From the sequence record SRR20825006_1019: 47,665 nucleotides of DNA, one strand, 5' to 3'. Each line of letters opens with the position of its first letter. Within the stretch, counting starts at the first letter, position 1. Shown in pieces: positions 39,849-47,665 of the stretch. The translations under genes and the position numbers were made by a program. The notes beneath the pieces are model-generated. The model was not told the origin of the DNA, made no database searches, and was given only the letters and a program-made list of their open reading frames with translations.

Positions 39849-40946
39849 ATGTCACGTAGGCGGTTGCGTTTTCGATTTGAAGTCATTGTTGTTACCTCGA
39901 TCTTTCTTGGGACTTGGGTTGCTGGTTCTGACTCGTTCGCCGAGGAGCCCGATACGCTTTTCTTTGATGGCTTCGATGGGAAGGTCGATGCCCTCTGGAA
40001 TCCGCTGAGGCCAGATCCCGATCGTGTCTCATTGACCAGCCATCCTGGCAAGCTCACGTTGAAAACGCATTTTGGTGGTCTCGGTGGAAATGCTCTGACT
40101 CGTCGAATGCCACTGACAAGGAACCTGTACTTGGTGCCGAATCCTGTCGAAGTCGACGATGACTTTGTGGTCACAACCTGCGTTGAGTCTTTTCGGCCGG
40201 TCAAGAACTATCAGCAAGCTGGAGTGATGATCTATGACGATGACGACAACTATCTCAAATTTGATTATGAACACAGCGGAGCGGAAGCTGGATTCAAGCA
40301 CATGCGAGAGAAGGACACCTATCGGCTTGTCGATACGGATGAATTCATGGAGCCTGCCGATCGACTTTGGTTGCGTGTGATCAAACGTGGAAACGTTTAT
40401 GAGCGAGCTTTCAGCACCGATGGCGAAAAATACAAGGTCATCGGCGAAGCAGTTTGGGGCGATGGCAGCCCTCAGCAAATTGGGATCATGGCTTGCAACG
40501 GAGCGCTGCGGGACCACGAAATCGAGGCCCAGTTCGACTTCTTCCAAATTCGAAAACTGACAGCCGAAGAACGCCAGGACCCGGTTTATTTGCAACGCCA
40601 GGAACTTGCCGGTGCATGGGATGTGGTTTCAACCAAAGTGAGTGGGCAAGATTTACTTGAAAGCCCAATCACGGAATTCAATTTTGATGGCGGTAATGTT
40701 TCATTTGTGATTCAGGGTCAGCTCACTGAGGTGGACTACTTGCTGAACGTTGAATCCAAACCGAAAGGTTTCACAATGTCGTCTCTGACGGTGGGGGCCA
40801 AAGAACCGGTCAATGGCAACTATTCGATTGACGATGGTCAACTGACCCTGTGCCTGTCACTACCACCAGGCACCCCCGCACCGAACAAGCTGGAAACGCT
40901 CGAGAATGACGGCCACATTTTGTTGACCCTCAAACGCTCCCGCTAA
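39849..40946 (+). CDS. Secreted DUF1349/ConA-like + TIGR03067-like domain protein, copy B
   Basis: Colinear paralogue of 38561..39652 (shared DFVVTTCVESFRP, GEAVWGDGSP and CLSLPPGTPAP). Confidence 0.8.
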   Translation: MSRRRLRFRFEVIVVTSIFLGTWVAGSDSFAEEPDTLFFDGFDGKVDALWNPLRPDPDRVSLTSHPGKLTLKTHFGGLGGNALTRRMPLTRNLYLVPNPVEVDDDFVVTTCVESFRPVKNYQQAGVMIYDDDDNYLKFDYEHSGAEAGFKHMREKDTYRLVDTDEFMEPADRLWLRVIKRGNVYERAFSTDGEKYKVIGEAVWGDGSPQQIGIMACNGALRDHEIEAQFDFFQIRKLTAEERQDPVYLQRQELAGAWDVVSTKVSGQDLLESPITEFNFDGGNVSFVIQGQLTEVDYLLNVESKPKGFTMSSLTVGAKEPVNGNYSIDDGQLTLCLSLPPGTPAPNKLETLENDGHILLTLKRSR

Positions 40947-41148
40947 AAAGGTGTCAGGTACCTTTTTGGCAGAATGGGTGATTTGTCGGCAGGGGGGACC
41001 TTGTTTGCTCCGATGCCAGAATGCGTTTGAAGAGGTTCAGCGACGCTCATCGCCGACTGTTTATTCGGCGAGCTTAAGCCACTTGGTGAAGGGAAGTCAT
41101 GCAGCAATTTTTTGCCTATCTTCCCAAAAAGGTACCTGACACCTTTTA
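40944..41148. mobile_element. MITE/REPIN-like element with 24-bp perfect terminal inverted repeats
   Basis: aaaaggtgtcaggtacctttttgg (40946-40969) and ccaaaaaggtacctgacacctttt (41124-41147); about 150-bp non-coding interior; TA at both ends. Confidence 0.7.
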
Positions 41149-42063
41149 TGCGAGGGTGCCGACGATGTCGGAGAGGTTTGTGGCGTTGAGTTCTTCGAGA
41201 GCGGCGGGGAGTTGGTCGATCAGCCGCATGGAGACCGTGGGGTCGTAGTAGTTGGCGGTGCCAATTTGCACGGCGGAGGCTCCCGTGACAAGGAACTGCA
41301 TCACGTCGTCGATGTTGGCGACACCACCGATTCCGATGATCGGGATGTCGACGGCTTGGCGGACTTGATGCACGCATCGCAAGGCGATCGGCTTGATGGC
41401 GGGGCCGCTGAGTCCGCCCATGCCGTTGCCGAGGATCGGACGACGTTTCTTCCAGTCGACCGCCATGCCGAGGACTGTGTTGATCAAACAAACCGCGTCA
41501 GCGCCTCCGTCTGCTGCACCTTGAGCGATGTCAGCGATGCGAGTCACGTTGGGTGTGAGCTTGGCCAGGATCGGCACGTCGCAGGCATTGCGTGCGGAGG
41601 CGACGACTTCGCGGCATGATTCGGCGTTGGTGCCAAAGTCGATTCCGCCGCTGACGTTGGGGCAGGACAGATTCAATTCAATCGCTGACACGCCATCGCA
41701 CTGACCGACTCGGCGAGCGAGTTCGGTGAAGTCCTCGACCGTTCGCCCAGCAACGCTGACGATGATGGGAGTTCCGAGACCAGCCAAGTACGGCAGGTGG
41801 TGTTCGAGGAAAGCGTCCACCCCATCGTTGTCGAGCCCAATCGCGTTGAGCAAACCAGCCGAAGTTTCGACGGTTCTCCAAGGTGCGTTGCCGATGCGTG
41901 GTTCGGCGGTGATGGTTTTGGGCAGGATGCCGCCGAGACGAGGAAGGTCAACGATGCCTTCCATCTCGCGAGCGTACCCGAACGTTCCCGATGCCACCAA
42001 AATTGGGTTGGGGAGCGTCAGGCGACCGAGTTTCGTTTGCAGATCAGTTTGCGTGGTGGTCAT
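41146..42063 (-). CDS. pyrD: Dihydroorotate dehydrogenase, family 1 (1B-type catalytic subunit)
   Basis: [28 protein letters not shown] (catalytic Cys), [16 protein letters not shown] and VQIGTA. Confidence 0.94.
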   Translation of the reverse strand: MTTTQTDLQTKLGRLTLPNPILVASGTFGYAREMEGIVDLPRLGGILPKTITAEPRIGNAPWRTVETSAGLLNAIGLDNDGVDAFLEHHLPYLAGLGTPIIVSVAGRTVEDFTELARRVGQCDGVSAIELNLSCPNVSGGIDFGTNAESCREVVASARNACDVPILAKLTPNVTRIADIAQGAADGGADAVCLINTVLGMAVDWKKRRPILGNGMGGLSGPAIKPIALRCVHQVRQAVDIPIIGIGGVANIDDVMQFLVTGASAVQIGTANYYDPTVSMRLIDQLPAALEELNATNLSDIVGTLA

Positions 42064-42069
42064 GAGGAG

Positions 42070-42726
42070 TTAGGAAGAAAGCAGGCGGTGATGAATTTGG
42101 TGAAGGAGTCGCTGAGCGACATGTTCTTTGGTGCCGCGAATGTGTTCGATCACGTCACCGGACGGATCCAACAGTTCAACTTGATTTTCGCTAGAGTTGA
42201 TCGCTTCAGGACCGTTGCTGACCATCAGATCGCAGTGCTTGCGTTCCAGTTTGACGGTGGCTCGAAAGCGGCGATCGTCGGTTTCCAATGCAAAACCGAC
42301 GACCCATTGATCCTGGCGTTTGCTCTGGCCAAGGGTGGCGATGACATCGGGTGTTTCAATCAATTCCAACTGAAGCGGTTCGCCCGTTTTAGATAGTTTT
42401 TGAGTTGAGACATGTCGAGGCATGTAGTCGCAGGGTGCCGCCGCGCCGATGGCGCCGTCGCAGTCTTGAAAGGCTTCGCCAGCAGCTTGCAACATCTCTT
42501 GCGTGGTTAGCACGTTGATCAGTTCCACGCCGTCGGGATAGTCGACCGAGACTGGTCCCGAAACCATGACGACATCATGTCCGAGTGCCAATGCGGCACC
42601 GGCGAGTGCGGCGCCCATTCGGCCGCTCGACGCGTTGGTGAGATAACGAACCGGGTCGAGGTACTGCCGAGTCGGTCCAGATGTGATCAAGATGCGACGA
42701 CGGGGAGAAGTGGAGGCATCTGTCAC
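42070..42726 (-). CDS. coaB: Stand-alone phosphopantothenate-cysteine ligase (CoaB half of CoaBC)
   Basis: ILITSGPTRQYLDPVRYLTNASSGRMG, AAAPCDY and VGFALET; no N-terminal CoaC flavoprotein domain. Confidence 0.88.
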   Translation of the reverse strand: MTDASTSPRRRILITSGPTRQYLDPVRYLTNASSGRMGAALAGAALALGHDVVMVSGPVSVDYPDGVELINVLTTQEMLQAAGEAFQDCDGAIGAAAPCDYMPRHVSTQKLSKTGEPLQLELIETPDVIATLGQSKRQDQWVVGFALETDDRRFRATVKLERKHCDLMVSNGPEAINSSENQVELLDPSGDVIEHIRGTKEHVAQRLLHQIHHRLLSS

Positions 42727-43163
42727 GGAGAGCGGCCCAGTTCGAGCTGAACGGATTGAATCAAGGTTTGCAGTCGTTGTCCGGTCAGCCCCATTTTCGC
42801 GGCCGCCAAAGCAAACAGTCTCTTTTCGGCTTCGACGAATTGCCCGTCGGCGGCCATCATTCGGATCAAATCTTTGAGTAATGACTCGCGGATATCGGGC
42901 TCGGTGGGCAGTTGCAGTTTGGCGCTGTCACTGATGCCGAACGCGAGAGCAGCCTCAAGCTCCGATTCGTGCAACCCAAGTTCTTCGCAACGCTCAGCGA
43001 TCAAGTGGACTTCGCGGTGGCTGAGCGATCCGTCGGCGAACGCCATCACCACCAAGTTGCGAAGGTGCTGTTTACGCTGGTTCGAGATTCGATCGTGATC
43101 AGACGCGATTTCTTTCGCGGTTTTGGATTCGTCAGGATCGGGGCCGGGCGATGAATCGCTCAT
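42723..43163 (-). CDS. TerB family protein
   Basis: Two xADGxxxxxE motifs (AFADGSLSHRE; MAADGQFVEAEKRL). Confidence 0.82.
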   Translation of the reverse strand: MSDSSPGPDPDESKTAKEIASDHDRISNQRKQHLRNLVVMAFADGSLSHREVHLIAERCEELGLHESELEAALAFGISDSAKLQLPTEPDIRESLLKDLIRMMAADGQFVEAEKRLFALAAAKMGLTGQRLQTLIQSVQLELGRSP

Positions 43164-44965
43164 CGTTCGATCTCGTATTCAGTGATCTTGCGATACGCGG
43201 TCGCTCGGCTGATCCCAAGCAATTTCGCCGCTTCGGGCACGCTACCGTCGCACCGATTGAGTGCTTTTTCGATCAATCGTTTTTCCCAGACATCGATTCG
43301 AAGCGTGTCGATCTGAGTCAGCCCCGCGTCACGGAGGCCAAGGTCGTCTTCTTGGATCATGGGCTCATCCGCCATCACCACCGCACTGTCGATGACGTTA
43401 CGCAGTTGGCGAACGTTGCCCGGCCAAGCGTAGTTCCGCATCCGCTCGCGTGCAGGATCGCTAAGTGACAATTTGGGGCGACCATGTTGGCGAAGGAAAT
43501 GGTCCAGGAAGTGATCGATCAAAATGTCGATGTCTTCGCCGCGTTCGCGAAGAGGTGGCACGACGAGTTCGAACACGCTGAGCCGATAGTAGAGGTCTTC
43601 GCGAAAACGGCCGTCGCGGACGAATTCGGTGAGGTCTCGGTTGGTGGCGGCGATCACGCGAACATCGACGCTGACTTGTTTGGTGGCTCCCACTGGAAGG
43701 AACGGGTGACCTTCCAGGATCCGCAGCAGTTTGGCTTGTCCTTCTAGGCTCAACTCACCGATCTCGTCCAGGAACAACGTCCCCTCGTTGGCTTGTTGAA
43801 ACAAACCGTCGTGGTCGTTGTCGGCACCGGTGAACGATCCTTTCTTGTGACCGAACAACTGGCTTTCCAGCAGGTCACGAGGAATCGCGGCACAGTTGAC
43901 CGTCAACATGGGGCGATCAGTTCGAGTCGATGAACGATGGACGGCACGGGCGACTAACTCCTTGCCTGAACCGCTCTCACCGCGAACCAGCACCGAACCG
44001 TTGGCGGCACCGACGCGAGAGATTCGTTCTTTGAGTCGCAACATGGATTTGCTGCTGCCAATCAATTCGCCTTGGTCGGCATTTCGATCAGCGATGCGTT
44101 GGTTTTCCAATCGCAGATTTTCAGTCAGCGTTGATTGGGCGATTCCTTTTGTCAGCAGGCTGCCGGCACCGACCGTCAAGTCGACCAGTCGTTCATCGTA
44201 GGCAGCACCACTGCGGTGCAAAACCAGCACACCGAGAGAGGTTTCGCCATCGAGGATCGGAACCATCATGCAGGCGTCTTTGCCTGATTTGCCGTTGTTG
44301 TCAGGATGGTCGCTGATGTAGGGCTTTTGTTCGTTGCTGACGTGGCGCAGGCGGCCGCGATCGAATTTGATCGGTTGCGAATCCTTGGGGAATTGGCGTC
44401 GGATTTTCCAACGGCCATCGCCCAAATCAGCGACCAGTGTCACGGTTTCCGACGCAGTGCGATCCAGCAACAACTCGAGAGTCGTGTTGATGACTTCGTC
44501 GGCGCGTTTGCCACCCAGCAGCGAAAGGCTGAGTTGATACAAGTCCAACAAGTCATCCGGATGATCGACCAATTGGCCTGGCTCGCGGATACGATCTGGC
44601 TGACGAGTTCGATAGGACTCAAGTTCTTCGTAAACGGTTTGCGACAGCGCGTCTTCATTGAGCGAGTCTTCGTCGAGATTGATCATTTGCATGATCGTTT
44701 TCCCGATGACGACTTGCGTGTCGTTGTTCAGTCGAGCGGTGCTGACTTTCTTTCCGTTGACGAGCGTACCGTTGCGGCTTTCAGTGTCGCGAAGTTGCCA
44801 GTTGTGGTCTTCGTAATAAATGACCGCGTGGAATCGACTGCTATTGGGATCCGTCAACATGATCTCGCAGCCCGCAGCGCGTCCGATGTGCATCGGGCGT
44901 TCTGGATCCAAAGGGAATTGAGTTCCCTTTTCGTTGCCGTCTTGAATGGCGAGGTAGGCGACCAT
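43160..44965 (-). CDS. Sigma-54-dependent activator with N-terminal FHA and GAF-like domains
   Basis: FHA IGRAAGC...SRFHA...SRNGTLVNG; AAA RGESGSGKELVA, GSFTGA, LFLDEIGEL and WPGNVRQL; Fis HTH AAKLLGISRATAYRK. Start ATG 44965. Confidence 0.93.
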   Translation of the reverse strand: MVAYLAIQDGNEKGTQFPLDPERPMHIGRAAGCEIMLTDPNSSRFHAVIYYEDHNWQLRDTESRNGTLVNGKKVSTARLNNDTQVVIGKTIMQMINLDEDSLNEDALSQTVYEELESYRTRQPDRIREPGQLVDHPDDLLDLYQLSLSLLGGKRADEVINTTLELLLDRTASETVTLVADLGDGRWKIRRQFPKDSQPIKFDRGRLRHVSNEQKPYISDHPDNNGKSGKDACMMVPILDGETSLGVLVLHRSGAAYDERLVDLTVGAGSLLTKGIAQSTLTENLRLENQRIADRNADQGELIGSSKSMLRLKERISRVGAANGSVLVRGESGSGKELVARAVHRSSTRTDRPMLTVNCAAIPRDLLESQLFGHKKGSFTGADNDHDGLFQQANEGTLFLDEIGELSLEGQAKLLRILEGHPFLPVGATKQVSVDVRVIAATNRDLTEFVRDGRFREDLYYRLSVFELVVPPLRERGEDIDILIDHFLDHFLRQHGRPKLSLSDPARERMRNYAWPGNVRQLRNVIDSAVVMADEPMIQEDDLGLRDAGLTQIDTLRIDVWEKRLIEKALNRCDGSVPEAAKLLGISRATAYRKITEYEIER

Positions 44966-44969
44966 CAAT

Positions 44970-45953
44970 TCAAGCCGTGTGAAAGTTGGTGGATGGATCG
45001 GATGAGTTGTGTGCGGACAACGCGGCAGCAAGTTGTTTGAGTGCAATCGGCGTTGGTTGGCCGGTCAGTCCGACTTGTTCCCACCATCGTTCGACGATGG
45101 GAGCTTTGGCGGAAGGAAGTTCGGGTTGCCACATCAACAACGCTTTTGCCAACGGAAAGCGGTTGCTGGGGATCATGCCGGCATCGGCCGCCTTGGAAAG
45201 AATCAAAGGAACGATCGCCGTCGTCCAAGGAAGCTCGGACGATGTTCCAGCTTCGCCGGTTGCTGTGTCACTGCTTGTCCGAGTCCCACTGCTGCTGTTG
45301 TGCGTTCGTGTGTGCGAGCTAATGGCCATGCAGGTGAGTTGGTAAACCAAACGCAACCACTCGGGGACATCGGGATCCATGTCGGTCAGGACCGCTTCGA
45401 TCCACACGCTGGCTTGTTGAGAACTGGCACCCGCAGCTCCGTTAGCGATGGGTTGCACGGCATGAACGCTGACTCGCGATGGCCACCAATCGGTCGGCGG
45501 GCTGCCGTTCCAAATCGCTTTGCCGACGGAGCGAACCAGTCCGGGGCCGTAGGACTCGTAAGCCTGTTTGAGCGGAGCGTAGCGCAGACGAAGCTGGTCG
45601 GCCAATCTTGGTGATCGTGTCGTGAACGCTCGCCGGCATGTTTCCAAACTGCGATGAATTGCCATCGCCGTTTGATCGGATTGCAGATCGGAATGGCCGC
45701 CGCGAATCAAGGCGATTTCGCAAAGTGCGGGCGAGAGTTCCACGTCGTTGTCTTGGGCGATGGCTTCATCGATCAGGTGTTCCCAAATGACCGCGGGATC
45801 GATGGACGCGTTGATCAATCGGGTGCAGACGTCCTGGACCGCGGGCTGGATCGCCTTCTGCAGCGATGCGTCCTTTAGGTCTCGTTGCCAACTGATCCAC
45901 TGGACCATTCGCAGGAGACTGAGGGTGGTGGAGGGGATCCACTGCAATTTCAC
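44970..45953 (-). CDS. Hypothetical protein
   Basis: ORF fills the gap between aroH and the activator gene; GAGGA about 8 nt before GTG 45953. Confidence 0.7.
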   Translation of the reverse strand: MKLQWIPSTTLSLLRMVQWISWQRDLKDASLQKAIQPAVQDVCTRLINASIDPAVIWEHLIDEAIAQDNDVELSPALCEIALIRGGHSDLQSDQTAMAIHRSLETCRRAFTTRSPRLADQLRLRYAPLKQAYESYGPGLVRSVGKAIWNGSPPTDWWPSRVSVHAVQPIANGAAGASSQQASVWIEAVLTDMDPDVPEWLRLVYQLTCMAISSHTRTHNSSSGTRTSSDTATGEAGTSSELPWTTAIVPLILSKAADAGMIPSNRFPLAKALLMWQPELPSAKAPIVERWWEQVGLTGQPTPIALKQLAAALSAHNSSDPSTNFHTA

Positions 45954-45957
45954 GGTT

Positions 45958-46383
45958 TCAATCCTCTTTGAGGTGTTCCGCGATCCATCGTTCCAATTCC
46001 TCAATGTCCACCGCGGGAACCTTTGACAGGTCGGGACGCAACTTCACCGCGTCACGAATGTAGACGTGTTGAATTTCGGACTGAGACTTCGTCGTGTTCC
46101 AGTGAAGCAGGACTCGAATGCAACGCGGCAGTGAGCCTTCGACGGAGACTTCGTACCCGCACAGCAACGGAACTTCGAGCCACCCGAGTTGACGTGCTGC
46201 GAGGGCAGGGAACTCGCTGTGCAAATCTTTCGTGACCGTGAATGTTGCGCTGGCCAAGTCGGCGGAGTCGATTTCGTTGCGGCGGATCATCAGCGCCAGC
46301 AACTGAGTCGTTGCTTTGAGAATCTCTTCGCGGTCATCCTGCTCGACGGTGGTGGCCCCGCGAACTCCCCGGCACATGGTCAT
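45958..46383 (-). CDS. aroH: Chorismate mutase, AroH class
   Basis: [39 protein letters not shown] and LRPDL. Confidence 0.95.
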   Translation of the reverse strand: MTMCRGVRGATTVEQDDREEILKATTQLLALMIRRNEIDSADLASATFTVTKDLHSEFPALAARQLGWLEVPLLCGYEVSVEGSLPRCIRVLLHWNTTKSQSEIQHVYIRDAVKLRPDLSKVPAVDIEELERWIAEHLKED

Positions 46384-46547
46384 TTGGTTGCAAATCCTGT
46401 TTTGAGACGAGCCTCTTTGTTCTGGTTACCATAGTCGCAATCTCAATTTGCGACTACTGGGGATCTCCTGCTTTCACCTGGCGTGCGATCGTCCTGGAGC
46501 GACTTGTAAGAGTTTCACGGAGCAAATTGGAAGGTGCTAGGCGACCT

Positions 46548-46691
46548 GTCGCCGACGGAGGCCCTCCGTCGGCCTGAACGCCGATGATCGCAGCCGGTGG
46601 TGGGTTTTTCGGTAGGGACGAGGCGATGAGCTTGCGGGTGGTTGGTGCGTTGCGGGGGTGTTTTGCCGACTGAGGGGCCTCAGTCGGCTAC
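46548..46691. repeat. Inverted pair of REP-like palindromes (REP doublet)
   Basis: gtc-gccgacggag-gcc-ctccgtcggc (46548-46573) and gccgactgag-gggc-ctcagtcggc-tac (46665-46691; minus strand begins GTAG). Confidence 0.7.
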
Positions 46692-46809
46692 GGATGCCGG
46701 ATGGGCGTGGTGGCTTGGAGGTTCCCATGACTTGGGCGTGTTTTCGCGGTAAGTTGTGGGAAATCATTTTGCGAGGTTCGCTCGCTACCACGTTTCACAG
46801 GCAAACATT

Positions 46810-47307
46810 GTGTTCACAAAAACGACACGGAAGTCATCGCTGGCAGCGAGACACTTTTTCACGCAGGCGAGTGACAGCCGTTTTCGTCCACTGTATTGCG
46901 TTCTGCTGGGAACGGTTTTGCTGAGCCTCAGTGGGTGCGGTGGATCCACCGCGCCAGTCGCTCCCCCGGTGATCGAGGACTACATCCCAACCGGCGAGGT
47001 CACGCTCGAGTTCGTGATCGACGACGATACGACGAAGTCTTACGTTGTCGACAACGTCGCCGAAGGATCCACATTGGAGGATTTGATGCGGAATCTAAGT
47101 GCACCGAAAATGGAGATCGGTGGCGAAGGCACCACCGCGTTTGTCAATTCGATCGAGGGAGTTGCCACCAACGCAACGCGAGGATGGACCTACACGGTTG
47201 ACGGCGAGTTCGCGACAAAGGGGATCGGCACGATGGAACTGAATCCACCTACCAAGATCGTGTGGAAGTACACAACCTTTGAAGAGGCAACTGCCGAGAA
47301 AGAGTGA
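46810..47307 (+). CDS. Lipoprotein with DUF4430 (transcobalamin C-terminal-like) domain
   Basis: Lipobox LSLSG-C; AFVNSIEGV, GWTYTVDG, KGIG and IVWKY fit DUF4430. Start uncertain. Confidence 0.75.
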   Translation: MFTKTTRKSSLAARHFFTQASDSRFRPLYCVLLGTVLLSLSGCGGSTAPVAPPVIEDYIPTGEVTLEFVIDDDTTKSYVVDNVAEGSTLEDLMRNLSAPKMEIGGEGTTAFVNSIEGVATNATRGWTYTVDGEFATKGIGTMELNPPTKIVWKYTTFEEATAEKE

Positions 47308-47640
47308 TCGGTGTGTGGAAGGTCGACCAACGCTCGGTAGGCCATGTCTTTAATGGCGATGTTCAGTGGCGAGTTGACGCAGGTCGTTCGTTGATCGGCT
47401 CGTGACCATCGCCAGGCACATCCTGGACTACGACTGTCCAGCCGCTTTGCCCGAATGTCGCGGAACGCTTCGTTGGGACTTTCCGTTCAGCGAGGGCGTC
47501 CAGTTTGTTGATCCGGCGGCGACTTTCCGGGGCACTTCACTTCCCGCCGCATCATCGACGGCGGCCCCTACCGGGCCGGCATCCTGATCTTCATCCACGT
47601 TCTCGGGGCTTCCACCCAATGGCAGTTACTTTACTAATTC

Positions 47641-47665
47641 ACCCTCCCCCTGGGAGGGTCGAGCG
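47641..47665. repeat. Start of another REP-like palindrome, cut by the window edge
   Basis: accctccc-cct-gggagggt hairpin (47641-47659) followed by cgagcg. Confidence 0.45.

Noticed and set aside
40943..41491. ORFs containing KGVRYLF/KRYLTPF peptides
   Set aside because: Translations of the terminal inverted repeats and an off-frame part of pyrD.
47310..47640. Short ORFs 47402..47587 (+) and 47428..47619 (-)
   Set aside because: No RBS or recognisable motif; mutually overlapping; not supportable.
1..47665. CRISPR array, rRNA, transposase, prophage or defence system
   Set aside because: No regularly spaced direct repeats or matching protein motifs seen by eye.

Overview
Bacterial chromosomal window. 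Gene content, intergenic repeat families and domain types (TIGR03067-like, FHA-sigma54 activator, Bat operon) point to a Planctomycetota (Rhodopirellula-like) genome; this is an inference. Left to right: a 3'-truncated ECF sigma factor (missing from the ORF track) with a long structured leader and a small upstream ORF; ComF, DUF502, queD and an orphan gene; a ~13 kb sugar/sugar-acid catabolic island (Tat oxidoreductase, DHDPS/NAL-family aldolase, Na+:solute symporter, GntR, YidR/DUF3748, FG-GAP repeat protein, ribulokinase, FucI-like isomerase, secreted EEP hydrolase); a second oxidoreductase; rho, an atypical tRNA-Ser(GGA) and sdaA; two coupled SPFH genes, each with a triplicated N-terminal subdomain; a MoxR/DUF58/Bat operon; a secreted orphan; tandem DUF1349+TIGR03067-like paralogues; an aroH-hyp-FHA/sigma54 activator-TerB-coaB-pyrD operon; and a DUF4430-like lipoprotein. 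Several REP/MITE-like palindromic elements are present. No CRISPR array, rRNA, transposase or prophage was seen. The best novelty candidates are the triplicated-domain SPFH pair, the non-canonical tRNA-Ser, the Gly/Arg-tailed Rho, the eroded sialidase-like tail and the diversifying lectin-like paralogues. All family assignments are by eye from motifs; no searches were run.
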